This document shows, in pieces, positions 1-9,081 of a stretch of 48,633 bases of DNA. The translations under genes and the position numbers were made by a program. Each line of letters begins with the position of its first letter. Position 1 is the first letter of the stretch. Source of the stretch: Ignavibacteriota bacterium (GTDB lineage Bacteria > Bacteroidota > Ignavibacteria > UBA10030); assembly GCA_963727825.1 (NCBI GenBank), contig CAVSHO010000002.1, positions 1 through 48,633 of the forward strand, written 5' to 3'. The notes beneath the pieces are model-generated. The model was not told the origin of the DNA and did no database searches. It saw only the letters and a list, made by a program, of their open reading frames with translations.

Positions 1-618
1 TTCAATGGGCAGCATATTATGAATGGTGATTATGTCTTGCCGAATCCAACAATCGTAATAACGATTTATGACAGCAGCCCGTTACCAATGCAAAATCCTT
101 CGCTTGTCAATCTGACTTTAGATGACCGCAGGATTATGCTTGGTGCACAGCCGGATAGTTTATTCGAGACTAAGTCTGCGGGATCTGAAAAAGCAGTCGT
201 GACATTTAGACCGACATTAAAAGGAAGAACTGATCCGTATAAACTTATGCTGCAAGTTACAGATTCGACAGGGAACGAGGAAAATTTATCTAATCCTATA
301 TATTTTGTAGTTGACTCTGTTTGGGGGATAAGAAATGTATTTAACTATCCTAATCCGTTTGCACAGGAAACATATTTTACATTTATACTTACAGATTATG
401 CTGATCAAGTAGAGATAAAAATCTATACAATTAACGGCAGACTTATTCAAGATATTTTCTTGCCGTCTCAATCAGAAAATGCTTACTATAAAGTGTACTG
501 GGATGGCAGAGATCGTGACGGCGACGAAGTGGCAAATGGAGTATATTTTTATAAAATTATTGCAAAAAGTAATGGATTAACAAAAGAAGTAATACAAAAA
601 TTAGCTAGAATCAGATAA
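1..618 (+). CDS. C-terminal part of a large T9SS-secreted protein (Ig-like domain plus FlgD-like/T9SS type A sorting domain); 5'-truncated by the window edge
   Basis: Frame is open from base 1; NYPNPF...WDGRDRDGDEVANGVYFYKI...KLARIR C-terminal sorting-domain pattern. Confidence 0.8.
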   Translation, partial: FNGQHIMNGDYVLPNPTIVITIYDSSPLPMQNPSLVNLTLDDRRIMLGAQPDSLFETKSAGSEKAVVTFRPTLKGRTDPYKLMLQVTDSTGNEENLSNPIYFVVDSVWGIRNVFNYPNPFAQETYFTFILTDYADQVEIKIYTINGRLIQDIFLPSQSENAYYKVYWDGRDRDGDEVANGVYFYKIIAKSNGLTKEVIQKLARIR

Positions 619-627
619 AGCAAAAAA

Positions 628-1362
628 ATGGAATTCTCAGTAATTGTGCCGACATATAATGAAGAAAAACACATCGAACAATGTCTGCAATCGATTCTTC
701 ATCAAAATATAGATCGAGCAGAATTCGAGATAATAGTTTCAGATGGCGCTTCTTCAGATAAGACCTGCACAATTTCGGAAAAGTTAGTTGACAAAATAGT
801 TGTAAATGAAAAAAAGGGAGCTTCTTTTCAACGTAATTACGGTGCTCACTCTGCAAAAGGAGAGATACTGGTTTTCATAGATGCCGATACAAATCTTGAC
901 AGCAATTTTCTCGCTGTGCTAAAGGAAGAGTTTAGTGATAGAAATATTGTGGCCGTATCAGGTATTGCATTTCCATCTGATGGGAAGTTACCGCAGCGTT
1001 TTGTATATCGAGCAACATATTTATTGATGCAAGTATTACATTTTATAAATCTTTCGCTTTTCCCTGCTATGTGCGTTGCTTACCGAAAACGGGCTTTTGA
1101 GAATGTAGGGGGTTTTCGAGAAGATTTTACGACTTTAGAAGATTTGGATTTGAGCAAGCGAGTTTCAAAAATAGGATTTACAAAAATTGCGACACGTGCT
1201 CATGCATTTTCTTCCACTCGTCGCATACATAAGCATCTTGTATCAACAGTTGCATATCATATATTCTGCGATATTCGATATTTATTAACTGGAAAAGGCC
1301 CAAGGCGTTATCCAAAAGTAGAAGAATTACAATCATGGAGGGATTTGTGGAAATCGATATAA
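628..1362 (+). CDS. GT2 glycosyltransferase
   Basis: SVIVPTYNEE, SDGASSD, FIDAD and LEDLD motifs. Confidence 0.9.
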   Translation: MEFSVIVPTYNEEKHIEQCLQSILHQNIDRAEFEIIVSDGASSDKTCTISEKLVDKIVVNEKKGASFQRNYGAHSAKGEILVFIDADTNLDSNFLAVLKEEFSDRNIVAVSGIAFPSDGKLPQRFVYRATYLLMQVLHFINLSLFPAMCVAYRKRAFENVGGFREDFTTLEDLDLSKRVSKIGFTKIATRAHAFSSTRRIHKHLVSTVAYHIFCDIRYLLTGKGPRRYPKVEELQSWRDLWKSI

Positions 1363-3089
1363 CGAAACCTGCACATAACTGCTTTTGTTATTCCCGACAT
1401 ATAGTTCTTGTTTTGATACTCACACTTATTGCCAGTAGCGGTTTACATTTATATGCCCAGTCAGTATATGTCCCGCTAGGACATGAGGCGTATGATTTCC
1501 TAAAGAGGATGGAGGCACGTCAATTATTTACCGATTATAAGGATGCGGCTCTACCGCTTTCAAGAATGCAAGTAGCAACATATTTGGATGCACTTGAAAC
1601 AAAGGTAAATGATATGTCCCGTGTAGAACGTGAAACTTTCGAGTTTCTCAAAACGGAATTCAATTATGAAATAATGAAGCTTGCAGGTGATCCAGAGCCA
1701 ACAGAGACACGCTGGCATATTTATTCGTACGAGTTTGAACAAGGAGCGGCAAACTTTGATATCAATTACGGCATTTCAAGATCATTTGCAGATAAAGATG
1801 CTACCACCGATAGGGCTGTGGGATTCAAAACCTATGGATATGCTTTTAACTCACTTGGCTTTTATTTAAATCTGGATGATAACTCAACCAATGGCGATAA
1901 TCTAAATTACAGCAGGTTAAATGATAGGCAGCTTGATAATTGCACATGGCTTTCTGCTGCGGATCGAGATTATTACAAGCGTGTGAAAACACCTGACCGT
2001 GGTGTTATTCCGTCGCAAATGGATGGACCAAATCAATTTCAATTCAATGAGGCAAATGCACAATTCAGCTGGCAAGTCGGCAAGGTTACTTTATCACTTG
2101 AAAAAATGAATAATGCATGGGGATACGGCAGAAATGGAAATGTTATCTTCTCTGATAATGCTCCATCATATCCACAAATTAAAATGCGTGTTCCGATTAC
2201 AAAAAATATTGAATTTGTATATTTTCATGGCGAGCTTAACTCAAATGTCGTTGATTCGTCTCAATCGTATACCGTTACATATAGCAATCCACAATTTCAA
2301 ACATTCCGAGAAGTTGATCATCAAAAATATATTGCCGCCCATCAATTAGAAATGTATTTATGGGATGGTGTCGATTTTTCAATCGGTGAATCTATTGTGT
2401 ATTGCGATCGAGGTCCCTTGCTCATGTATTTAATTCCTGTGATGTTGTTCAAATCAGGAGAATGGTACAATAACGATAAGGACAATTGTCAGATTTTTGG
2501 AAGTCTTGATTTAAACGTTATAAAGAATGTCGATGCCTATTTGTCTCTTTTTATTGATGAGCTAAACACAGATGAATTGTTTACTAACTCTTATTTAGCG
2601 CGTGAACAGATAGCATATTCTACTGGAATACGTGTTTTTGATTTTCCGGCAACTAATCTGGATATGAATCTTGAATATACACGTGTCAATCCCGGTACAT
2701 ACAATCATAAATATCCTGCCGCCACATTTACGAATAATGGCTTTGTACTTGGGAACTGGATGGGGCAAAATGCTGACAATCTATTTCTAGAAATGGGATA
2801 TACGCCCATACATGCATTGAGGGTTACGACTTTTGGTGAAATATATCGTAAGGGTGGAACGTTGCCTATTGCGGATCAATACAAGAGTGATGAAGGGAAA
2901 ATGCCATTCTTATTCGGTCCGCTTCATGTGGAACGTTCATTTGGTATAACAACCAAGTATCAACCAATTCGAGATTTGTTTGTAAATTTTAAAGCGCGAA
3001 TTCATAGAATTGAAGATGAAGCAGACCCGACACAGAACCGTTCACATCAATTTGAATTTACCCTCGGCGCAAGCCTTGGTATATGGTAA
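1335..3089 (+). CDS. Outer-membrane beta-barrel, capsule assembly Wzi-like
   Basis: Signal peptide ending AQS; N-terminal VPLGHEAYDFLKRM helix; WGYG..G..IFSDNAP; AAHQLE; terminal aromatic residue (LGIW). Start uncertain. Confidence 0.65.
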   Translation: MEGFVEIDITKPAHNCFCYSRHIVLVLILTLIASSGLHLYAQSVYVPLGHEAYDFLKRMEARQLFTDYKDAALPLSRMQVATYLDALETKVNDMSRVERETFEFLKTEFNYEIMKLAGDPEPTETRWHIYSYEFEQGAANFDINYGISRSFADKDATTDRAVGFKTYGYAFNSLGFYLNLDDNSTNGDNLNYSRLNDRQLDNCTWLSAADRDYYKRVKTPDRGVIPSQMDGPNQFQFNEANAQFSWQVGKVTLSLEKMNNAWGYGRNGNVIFSDNAPSYPQIKMRVPITKNIEFVYFHGELNSNVVDSSQSYTVTYSNPQFQTFREVDHQKYIAAHQLEMYLWDGVDFSIGESIVYCDRGPLLMYLIPVMLFKSGEWYNNDKDNCQIFGSLDLNVIKNVDAYLSLFIDELNTDELFTNSYLAREQIAYSTGIRVFDFPATNLDMNLEYTRVNPGTYNHKYPAATFTNNGFVLGNWMGQNADNLFLEMGYTPIHALRVTTFGEIYRKGGTLPIADQYKSDEGKMPFLFGPLHVERSFGITTKYQPIRDLFVNFKARIHRIEDEADPTQNRSHQFEFTLGASLGIW

Positions 3090-3114
3090 ATGGCAGTTTT
3101 TCGCATATTTCGGT

Positions 3115-3142
3115 TAAACTTTAGCAAAATTAAACTGTCAAA
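3115..3142 (+). promoter_or_regulatory. sigmaE-type ECF promoter, probably autoregulatory
   Basis: TAAACTT-N16-TCAAA, 22 bp upstream of the ECF gene; matches the GGAACTT-N16-TCAAA pattern. Confidence 0.6.
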
Positions 3143-3164
3143 TATTTGAAATAACTTGGTATAG

Positions 3165-3722
3165 ATGACTAACTCCAATGACCTTGAACTTGTTGAATTG
3201 TTCCAAAAAGGGAATGAGACAGCTTTTAACGAATTGGTTGGACGATATCAAGAAAAAGTGTATTGGATTGCGCGCAGGTTTGTGAACGATCATGATCAGG
3301 CGGACGATATCGTTCAAGAAGTTTTTGTAAAAGTGTATAGAGCATTAAAAGAATTTCGCGGAGAATCAAGTGTCTATACATGGCTGTATAGGATTACAGT
3401 AAATGTAGCGCTGAATGCCCTTCGGAAACAGCGCATTAGAGATTTTATCCGAATTGACGAGTTCTTTGAAACTGCTGACGATGAAAATGAACAACCTGAT
3501 GCCATATTTGAAAAAGATGAACAACAGAAACTGATAGAAGAAGCAATAGCAAAACTTCCGGAGAAACAAAAAGCTGTCTTCATCCTTAGGTATCATGAAG
3601 AATTGTCGTACGATGAAATATCATTAATTCTAAAAACATCAGTAGGTGGACTCAAAGCTAATTACTTTCATGCTGTAAAAAAAATTGGAGAATATGTAAA
3701 TCGTGCACACAGAACACGTTAA
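3165..3722 (+). CDS. ECF RNA polymerase sigma factor
   Basis: Region 2 ADDIVQEVFVKVY...FRGESSVYTWLYRI; region 4 LPEKQKAVFILRY..ELSYDEI. Confidence 0.95.
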   Translation: MTNSNDLELVELFQKGNETAFNELVGRYQEKVYWIARRFVNDHDQADDIVQEVFVKVYRALKEFRGESSVYTWLYRITVNVALNALRKQRIRDFIRIDEFFETADDENEQPDAIFEKDEQQKLIEEAIAKLPEKQKAVFILRYHEELSYDEISLILKTSVGGLKANYFHAVKKIGEYVNRAHRTR

Positions 3723-4335
3723 TTATGATTTGATGGACTATGTCACAAACCGATTAAGTGCACAAGAGCGCAAAAGAGTAGAGCAGCATCTACAGAAATG
3801 CTCTAAGTGCAATAATCAGTACAATGAATTGTTAACGACAGATGCGGTTTTAAAAAAGAATCCTTTTCCAGGACCAACGTCTGTTTATTATTCTACTATT
3901 CTTCCACGACTCAGAAGACGTCTTGTTTCTCATCGCCGATCTGATTTCGGCTACAGTTATGGTACAGCGATTATTCTTCCACTTGCAGTATCTATCTTAG
4001 TTGTATTTTTCTTAATTAGAATACCTACAGAGTCTTCATCTGAAGCTGCACAAACTGAAGCGTTGCATCAAGCGGTAAAGGACTTAAACGAAGAGGAAAT
4101 AGTGCAAGCTATTGAAAAGGAATACACTGGATTAGTGCTTTCACCCAATCAAGAAATTGCCGCCGCTGGTGTTGAAGAACATCTACAAGGAGATCGATTT
4201 CTAAAATCGGCTATATCTATGCAAATCGATAACGAAGAAGTAGCAGAAATGGATATTGAAGGAATGATTTCTGATTTAAACGGAGAACAGGTTGACCAAT
4301 TGTTATCGGGACTTTCTAAAAGGAATATACTATGA
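3703..4335 (+). CDS. Zinc-finger (zf-HC2/ZAS) transmembrane anti-sigma factor
   Basis: HLQKCSKC (Hx3Cx2C), one TM helix, overlaps the sigma gene. Confidence 0.85.
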   Translation: MHTEHVNYDLMDYVTNRLSAQERKRVEQHLQKCSKCNNQYNELLTTDAVLKKNPFPGPTSVYYSTILPRLRRRLVSHRRSDFGYSYGTAIILPLAVSILVVFFLIRIPTESSSEAAQTEALHQAVKDLNEEEIVQAIEKEYTGLVLSPNQEIAAAGVEEHLQGDRFLKSAISMQIDNEEVAEMDIEGMISDLNGEQVDQLLSGLSKRNIL

Positions 4336-4817
4336 AATATATTCATGTAGTTTCTATGACTCTATTCTTAATACCAGTAGTATGCCTAAATCTTGTTGCT
4401 CAAGATAGACCCCAGATGAGGGGGCCCGCATCAGAACGCATTGAACAATTCAAAAAAGTGCGACTCATGGAAGTGCTTAAAATGGATGAAGAAACTTCGA
4501 TTCGATTTTTTACTCATTATGATAAATATGAAGAGACTCTGCACGCTATCCAAAAGGATCATAATGCATTTATCGATCAACTTCAAAAATTAATAAAATC
4601 TAGTGCTAATAATTCAGATATAGAGCAGGCATTAAAAGATATCGGAATGAGTGAAGAAAAAATCGCAGAGACACGCTTAAAATTTCTTGAAGAACTTAAG
4701 AGCATTATTTCAATAAAACAGGTTGCTGAATATGTAGTGTTTGAACGGGATTTCAATAAAAATCTTAGAGAAATAATGCGGGATATAGCGAAAGATCGTT
4801 GGAATAGACAAAAATAG
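4332..4817 (+). CDS. Periplasmic helical protein, Spy/CpxP-like
   Basis: Signal peptide, charged all-alpha sequence, ATGA overlap with the anti-sigma gene. Confidence 0.6.
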   Translation: MKYIHVVSMTLFLIPVVCLNLVAQDRPQMRGPASERIEQFKKVRLMEVLKMDEETSIRFFTHYDKYEETLHAIQKDHNAFIDQLQKLIKSSANNSDIEQALKDIGMSEEKIAETRLKFLEELKSIISIKQVAEYVVFERDFNKNLREIMRDIAKDRWNRQK

Positions 4818-4826
4818 AAAAAAGAT

Positions 4827-5762
4827 TCAGAGTGAATCGTTGAAAAGAGCATATGCGGTTTTTATCACAATGCCATAGCGTAATCCGCGATCACTCACCG
4901 TTATTTTTGACAAGTTCACTTTCCTCAATATTTCTCTAAGAATAATAATTCCTGCCAGAAGAATATCTGCTCGTGATGGATGTATTTGTGGATAATTATG
5001 TAGTTGATCCAATGTCAACGGTCTGAGTTCTTGAAATATTCTATCTATAGCATTTATCGTAAGTACATGCCCGTTTATCAGATGTCTGTCAAACTCTGGA
5101 ATCCGAAGATCAAGCGCGACTAATGTAGTTAAAGTGCCGGCAACGCCAATAATCTTTGTTATGGATGAAAGAGGAAAAATATTCTTAAGATGTTTTCGAA
5201 CAAGCTGAGATGCGTTTTCCAACGCGAGATTGCTTGGAGGACAATTTTTTAAAATCCTTTCAGTAAGCCGCACACTTCCAATATTGAGACTGATAGATGA
5301 TGTTACCTTTTCTCCCGAACCTATCACAAATTCAGTGCTACCGCCTCCGATATCAAGTACCGCAAAGTTTTTAGAACTGGCTTTTATTAGATATTCAGAA
5401 ATAGCGCCAAGATATGTTAATTCTGCCTCTTCATTTCCTGAAAGTATTCTTATTTCAAACCCGAGCTTTTCCCTTATGAAATCAATAAACTCTTGACGAT
5501 TTTCAGCATCACGGAGTGCACTTGTCCCACATACTGAAAGATGCTCGATGCCAATAGAGTCAGCAATGCTTTTGAGCTGTGAAAGAATATCATGGACGCG
5601 ATGGAAGGTCTCCTTTAGGATGACTCCATGTTCATCGACACCTTTGCCGAGCCGACCGATAAAATGTTCGTCTCTCACAACCTCAAGAGAAGCATCTCTA
5701 TGAACATCAGCAACAAGCATCAAAATTGTGTTTGTTCCTATGTCTATGGCTGCAAGACGCAT
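4827..5762 (-). CDS. ppx: Ppx/GppA exopolyphosphatase family
   Basis: MRLAAIDIGTNT, TSALRDA, EEA, DIGGGSTE, GLRYG; start moved to ATG at 5762, just after the prmA stop. Confidence 0.92.
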   Translation of the reverse strand: MRLAAIDIGTNTILMLVADVHRDASLEVVRDEHFIGRLGKGVDEHGVILKETFHRVHDILSQLKSIADSIGIEHLSVCGTSALRDAENRQEFIDFIREKLGFEIRILSGNEEAELTYLGAISEYLIKASSKNFAVLDIGGGSTEFVIGSGEKVTSSISLNIGSVRLTERILKNCPPSNLALENASQLVRKHLKNIFPLSSITKIIGVAGTLTTLVALDLRIPEFDRHLINGHVLTINAIDRIFQELRPLTLDQLHNYPQIHPSRADILLAGIIILREILRKVNLSKITVSDRGLRYGIVIKTAYALFNDSL

Positions 5763-5764
5763 TG

Positions 5765-6628
5765 TCACATTCGACGCAGTGCTATAGAAGTCCATTCGTT
5801 CTCAATGACAGTTTCTATTGGAACGAGTGCATTCTTTGTAAATAACTTGAGTAATATAGGCAGATCGCTTGTAAGAATGCCAGAAAGAATTATTATACCT
5901 TGCTTTCGTACACGTGCGGTAAGCGACGAGATAAATCGCGAGATAGCACGGAAATCTATATTTGCGACAATAAGGTCATAATTACGTTTTGGAACAATGC
6001 TGATACTTCCCAATTTAACGATCATTCTTTTTTGAACATCATTCCTTTTAATATTTTCTTTTGTGTTTTCAATTGCCCATTCATCATTATCAATTGCAAA
6101 TACTGATTCTGCTCCCAGTTTAAGACAGGCAATACCCAGAATACCTGTGCCAGTCCCGAAATCAAGTACCTTCATCTGAGGTTCGAGAAATCGTTCAAGT
6201 AAATTAAGACTTAAGCGAGTTGTTTCATGATGTCCAGTTCCAAAAGACATTTTAGGATCAATATGAAGAATTAATTTCTTGGAATAGCGCTTCGGTAGTA
6301 TTTTCCAGGATGGCTTTATAATAATATTAGTTGTTGCCTCCACAATGCCTGTTTGATTTTCCCATTTCTTGTTCCAGTTTTCTTCGTGTACTATTAAACC
6401 AGAATATGAAAGATCAAGGGAAGGAAATTCGATCTTAAATTTTGCAAGTGTCAAATCGAATTTACTTTTGAAAGCATTATTCCATTTATGCTTAGGAACA
6501 ATGCATTTAAGCAACTTATCTTCCTGAACGAAGCCCGTAAAACCAATCGGCGCCAGAAGCCCAACAAGTAAATCTTGATATTTTTCATCAATCCGAATAG
6601 CAGCCTGAAACCAGTTATGCTTTTTCAT
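5765..6628 (-). CDS. prmA: Ribosomal protein L11 methyltransferase (C-terminal part of ORF 5765-7303)
   Basis: EENWNKKW, IDPKMSFGTGHHETT, VLDFGTGTGILGI, VANI, LSGIL; internal ATG at 6628. Confidence 0.92.
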   Translation of the reverse strand: MKKHNWFQAAIRIDEKYQDLLVGLLAPIGFTGFVQEDKLLKCIVPKHKWNNAFKSKFDLTLAKFKIEFPSLDLSYSGLIVHEENWNKKWENQTGIVEATTNIIIKPSWKILPKRYSKKLILHIDPKMSFGTGHHETTRLSLNLLERFLEPQMKVLDFGTGTGILGIACLKLGAESVFAIDNDEWAIENTKENIKRNDVQKRMIVKLGSISIVPKRNYDLIVANIDFRAISRFISSLTARVRKQGIIILSGILTSDLPILLKLFTKNALVPIETVIENEWTSIALRRM

Positions 6629-7303
6629 GAAGCAGTACTTTATCTTTGAAAGTGCATATTTTTTTAAAAGATCCTGAATAAGGTCTTCATTCATTTGCAG
6701 CCAGAATATTTGATCCTGATAGTTCTCTTGCATTTTCCGATCGGCTTTGTTGTATTTGACATTCAGAAGATAAATCAGCCAGATAAGTATGCAAAAAGAA
6801 ATTAGGCCTTGTTGGTCCATAAGCGCGGAGCCCGTAGCAGTATGAATTGCAAGACAAATGAGTGAAACAATAGCAAACCAAAATGATGTTCGGCGTATTT
6901 GAATCATAATATGATATACTGTACCGAAGAAAAACACTTTCTCATGAAATGCAGATGGAATAAAATGATTCAAAATATAAAAATACATCTGGCGAGCTTC
7001 AGATTCGTTCAGCATAAGGTTGGCAGAGTTACGACGGGCAATAGCTTGAAGATATGCACTTGGTTGATTTTCGACAAAGGCACGACGTCGTTTAGTTGTT
7101 TCCTTTGCATACATCGTTAATCCAGAAACTGTTACAAGGAATAAAAACAGAATAATTGAATTACCAAGACCAATTGAAAGAGGAATATACCTATATACAA
7201 AAGTGCAGAATAACAAAGAGCATAAAGATGCAAAATAGAAGCCGGGAATAAGAATACGGGTTGCCTCGTACAATCCAAATGAGGATGAGTTCGATTGATT
7301 CAT
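6629..7303 (-). CDS. Uncharacterised membrane protein (about 4 TM), in frame with prmA as assembled
   Basis: Two pairs of hydrophobic segments in aa 1-225 of the 512-aa ORF. Confidence 0.65.
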
Positions 7304-7369
7304 AGTTTTACTCGTCTATAAAGAAAGATGAATTGAAAAAATATATTATTTGAAAAACTAATTGTATGT

Positions 7370-8956
7370 TTATTTTGTAAAATCTTTTTGAGCGATCACA
7401 GTTCTACTGAACCCTGCAAGCAAAGATCCTATTTTATCTTGTGATTTACGGTAATCAGAAGCAGAGGTAATAAAATTCTGCATCATCATAGAAAATGCCA
7501 ACATCTCACCATCACGTGTTTGAACATATCCAGATAAACAACTGACACCGATAAGAGTTCCTGTTTTTGCGTGCAGATTATTGGCAGCGAGACAGTTACT
7601 CATTCGATCTGCTAATGTTCCGTCAACACCGGCAATAGGCAGGGAATTATAAAAAATACTGAACAATCGCGGCTGTTTCTTGATTGCGGTAAGAAATTGG
7701 ACAAGTTGATCAGCACTCAGTAAATTATATCGAGAAACACCTGATCCGTCAACAATACAAAATTTTGTAGTGTCCATTCCCAGGTTGGAAAGGAATCTTT
7801 TTTCTATAGATAGCCCTTTTTTTGCAGAGCAGGGAATGCTATTATTTAAAGCTCCGATGACTTTAAGCGTGTTTTCCGCGGAAAGATTATCGCTTTGCTT
7901 ATTCATGTTTTCGATTACTTTTTTGATTGGCTGGAAGTGCTGCGCAATTTCATAAATACTGTTTGGTACTGCACCGCTAACAACGTCTCCAGAAATAGAA
8001 ATGCCAGCGTGCAATAACGATTCTTTGAACAAGTTACCTGTATAGAACTTGGGATAACGGAGAGGTAGTTTCTGTGAAACTTGGCTGTAAGGACAGATAT
8101 CTCCTTCAACGACGATAGTATTGGTATTGTTTAAAGAAAGACATTTAATATTTAATGGTGTGCGGATGCTATCAGGAACAATTGTCGCTTTGTTTATGAT
8201 TGTGACAGAATTTGTGTTTGGCTCGATAGAAACTGAAATGTTTTTTAAATCTGTTATGATATTTACCCTGATGCAATTCTTATTAACAGAAAGCGCATCA
8301 ATGAACGGTGCATCAGGATCAGATTCGTCGTCCCAAGTCCAGCCTGATCCCCAATAGTTATCATCAAAAAAAGAATCATCTATAATAATATTATCAATAG
8401 TCTTGATCCCAAATCGACAAACAGCAAATGCCAGCGAATCCAGATCAGAACTTATTAAATTCGGATCACCGTATCCTTTCAGATAAATATCTTGGGCGAC
8501 ATCGTCGTCTGTTGTAGTATCTTTAACAAATACAGAAGTTTTAAACTGGTAATTAGTGTCAAGCAATAACAAAGCAGCGGCAGATGTAATCAATTTAATG
8601 TTTGAAGCTGGATTCATCAATGCCTTGCTCTCACGTTCATACAGAACATCTCCGCTATTGAGTGATACAATCTTGATGCTGGCATGTGCAGGTACGAAAA
8701 GAGAATCTAAAAGAACAGAGTTGATATTGTTCTGCAACTGCTTCAATGGATCTGGATGAGATATAACTGAATGAAAGATAACTGGACGAGTTGCTACACA
8801 ACCAAGTAATGAGGCTGCAAGAACAAGTATTAGAAAATAAATCCGGTTAGAATACTCACGAGATATATCAAATAATATGTTCGAGAAATATAGTATAACC
8901 GTACTACAAATCGAACAGTATTTTCTAGTAAGATAAATTTGTTTTTTGTTGTTCAT
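7370..8956 (-). CDS. dacB: D-Ala-D-Ala carboxypeptidase/endopeptidase (PBP4, peptidase S13)
   Basis: PASNIK (SxxK), SDN, DGSGVSRYN, AKTGT; lipobox-like LLGC; start uncertain. Confidence 0.92.
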   Translation of the reverse strand: MNNKKQIYLTRKYCSICSTVILYFSNILFDISREYSNRIYFLILVLAASLLGCVATRPVIFHSVISHPDPLKQLQNNINSVLLDSLFVPAHASIKIVSLNSGDVLYERESKALMNPASNIKLITSAAALLLLDTNYQFKTSVFVKDTTTDDDVAQDIYLKGYGDPNLISSDLDSLAFAVCRFGIKTIDNIIIDDSFFDDNYWGSGWTWDDESDPDAPFIDALSVNKNCIRVNIITDLKNISVSIEPNTNSVTIINKATIVPDSIRTPLNIKCLSLNNTNTIVVEGDICPYSQVSQKLPLRYPKFYTGNLFKESLLHAGISISGDVVSGAVPNSIYEIAQHFQPIKKVIENMNKQSDNLSAENTLKVIGALNNSIPCSAKKGLSIEKRFLSNLGMDTTKFCIVDGSGVSRYNLLSADQLVQFLTAIKKQPRLFSIFYNSLPIAGVDGTLADRMSNCLAANNLHAKTGTLIGVSCLSGYVQTRDGEMLAFSMMMQNFITSASDYRKSQDKIGSLLAGFSRTVIAQKDFTK

Positions 8957-9018
8957 AGACTAAGTGAATTTCATCTTAAAAGGTCTAAAATGCAAGAACT
9001 GAGGCAATTTGCCTTACC

Positions 9019-9047
9019 TTGCTATCTCATCGAAAAAAGAATATATT
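9019..9047 (+). promoter_or_regulatory. sigma70-type promoter for secA
   Basis: TTGCTA-N17-TATATT. Confidence 0.55.
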
Positions 9048-9081
9048 GACTATGAAAATGTAATATTATTCGGATGAAAAT

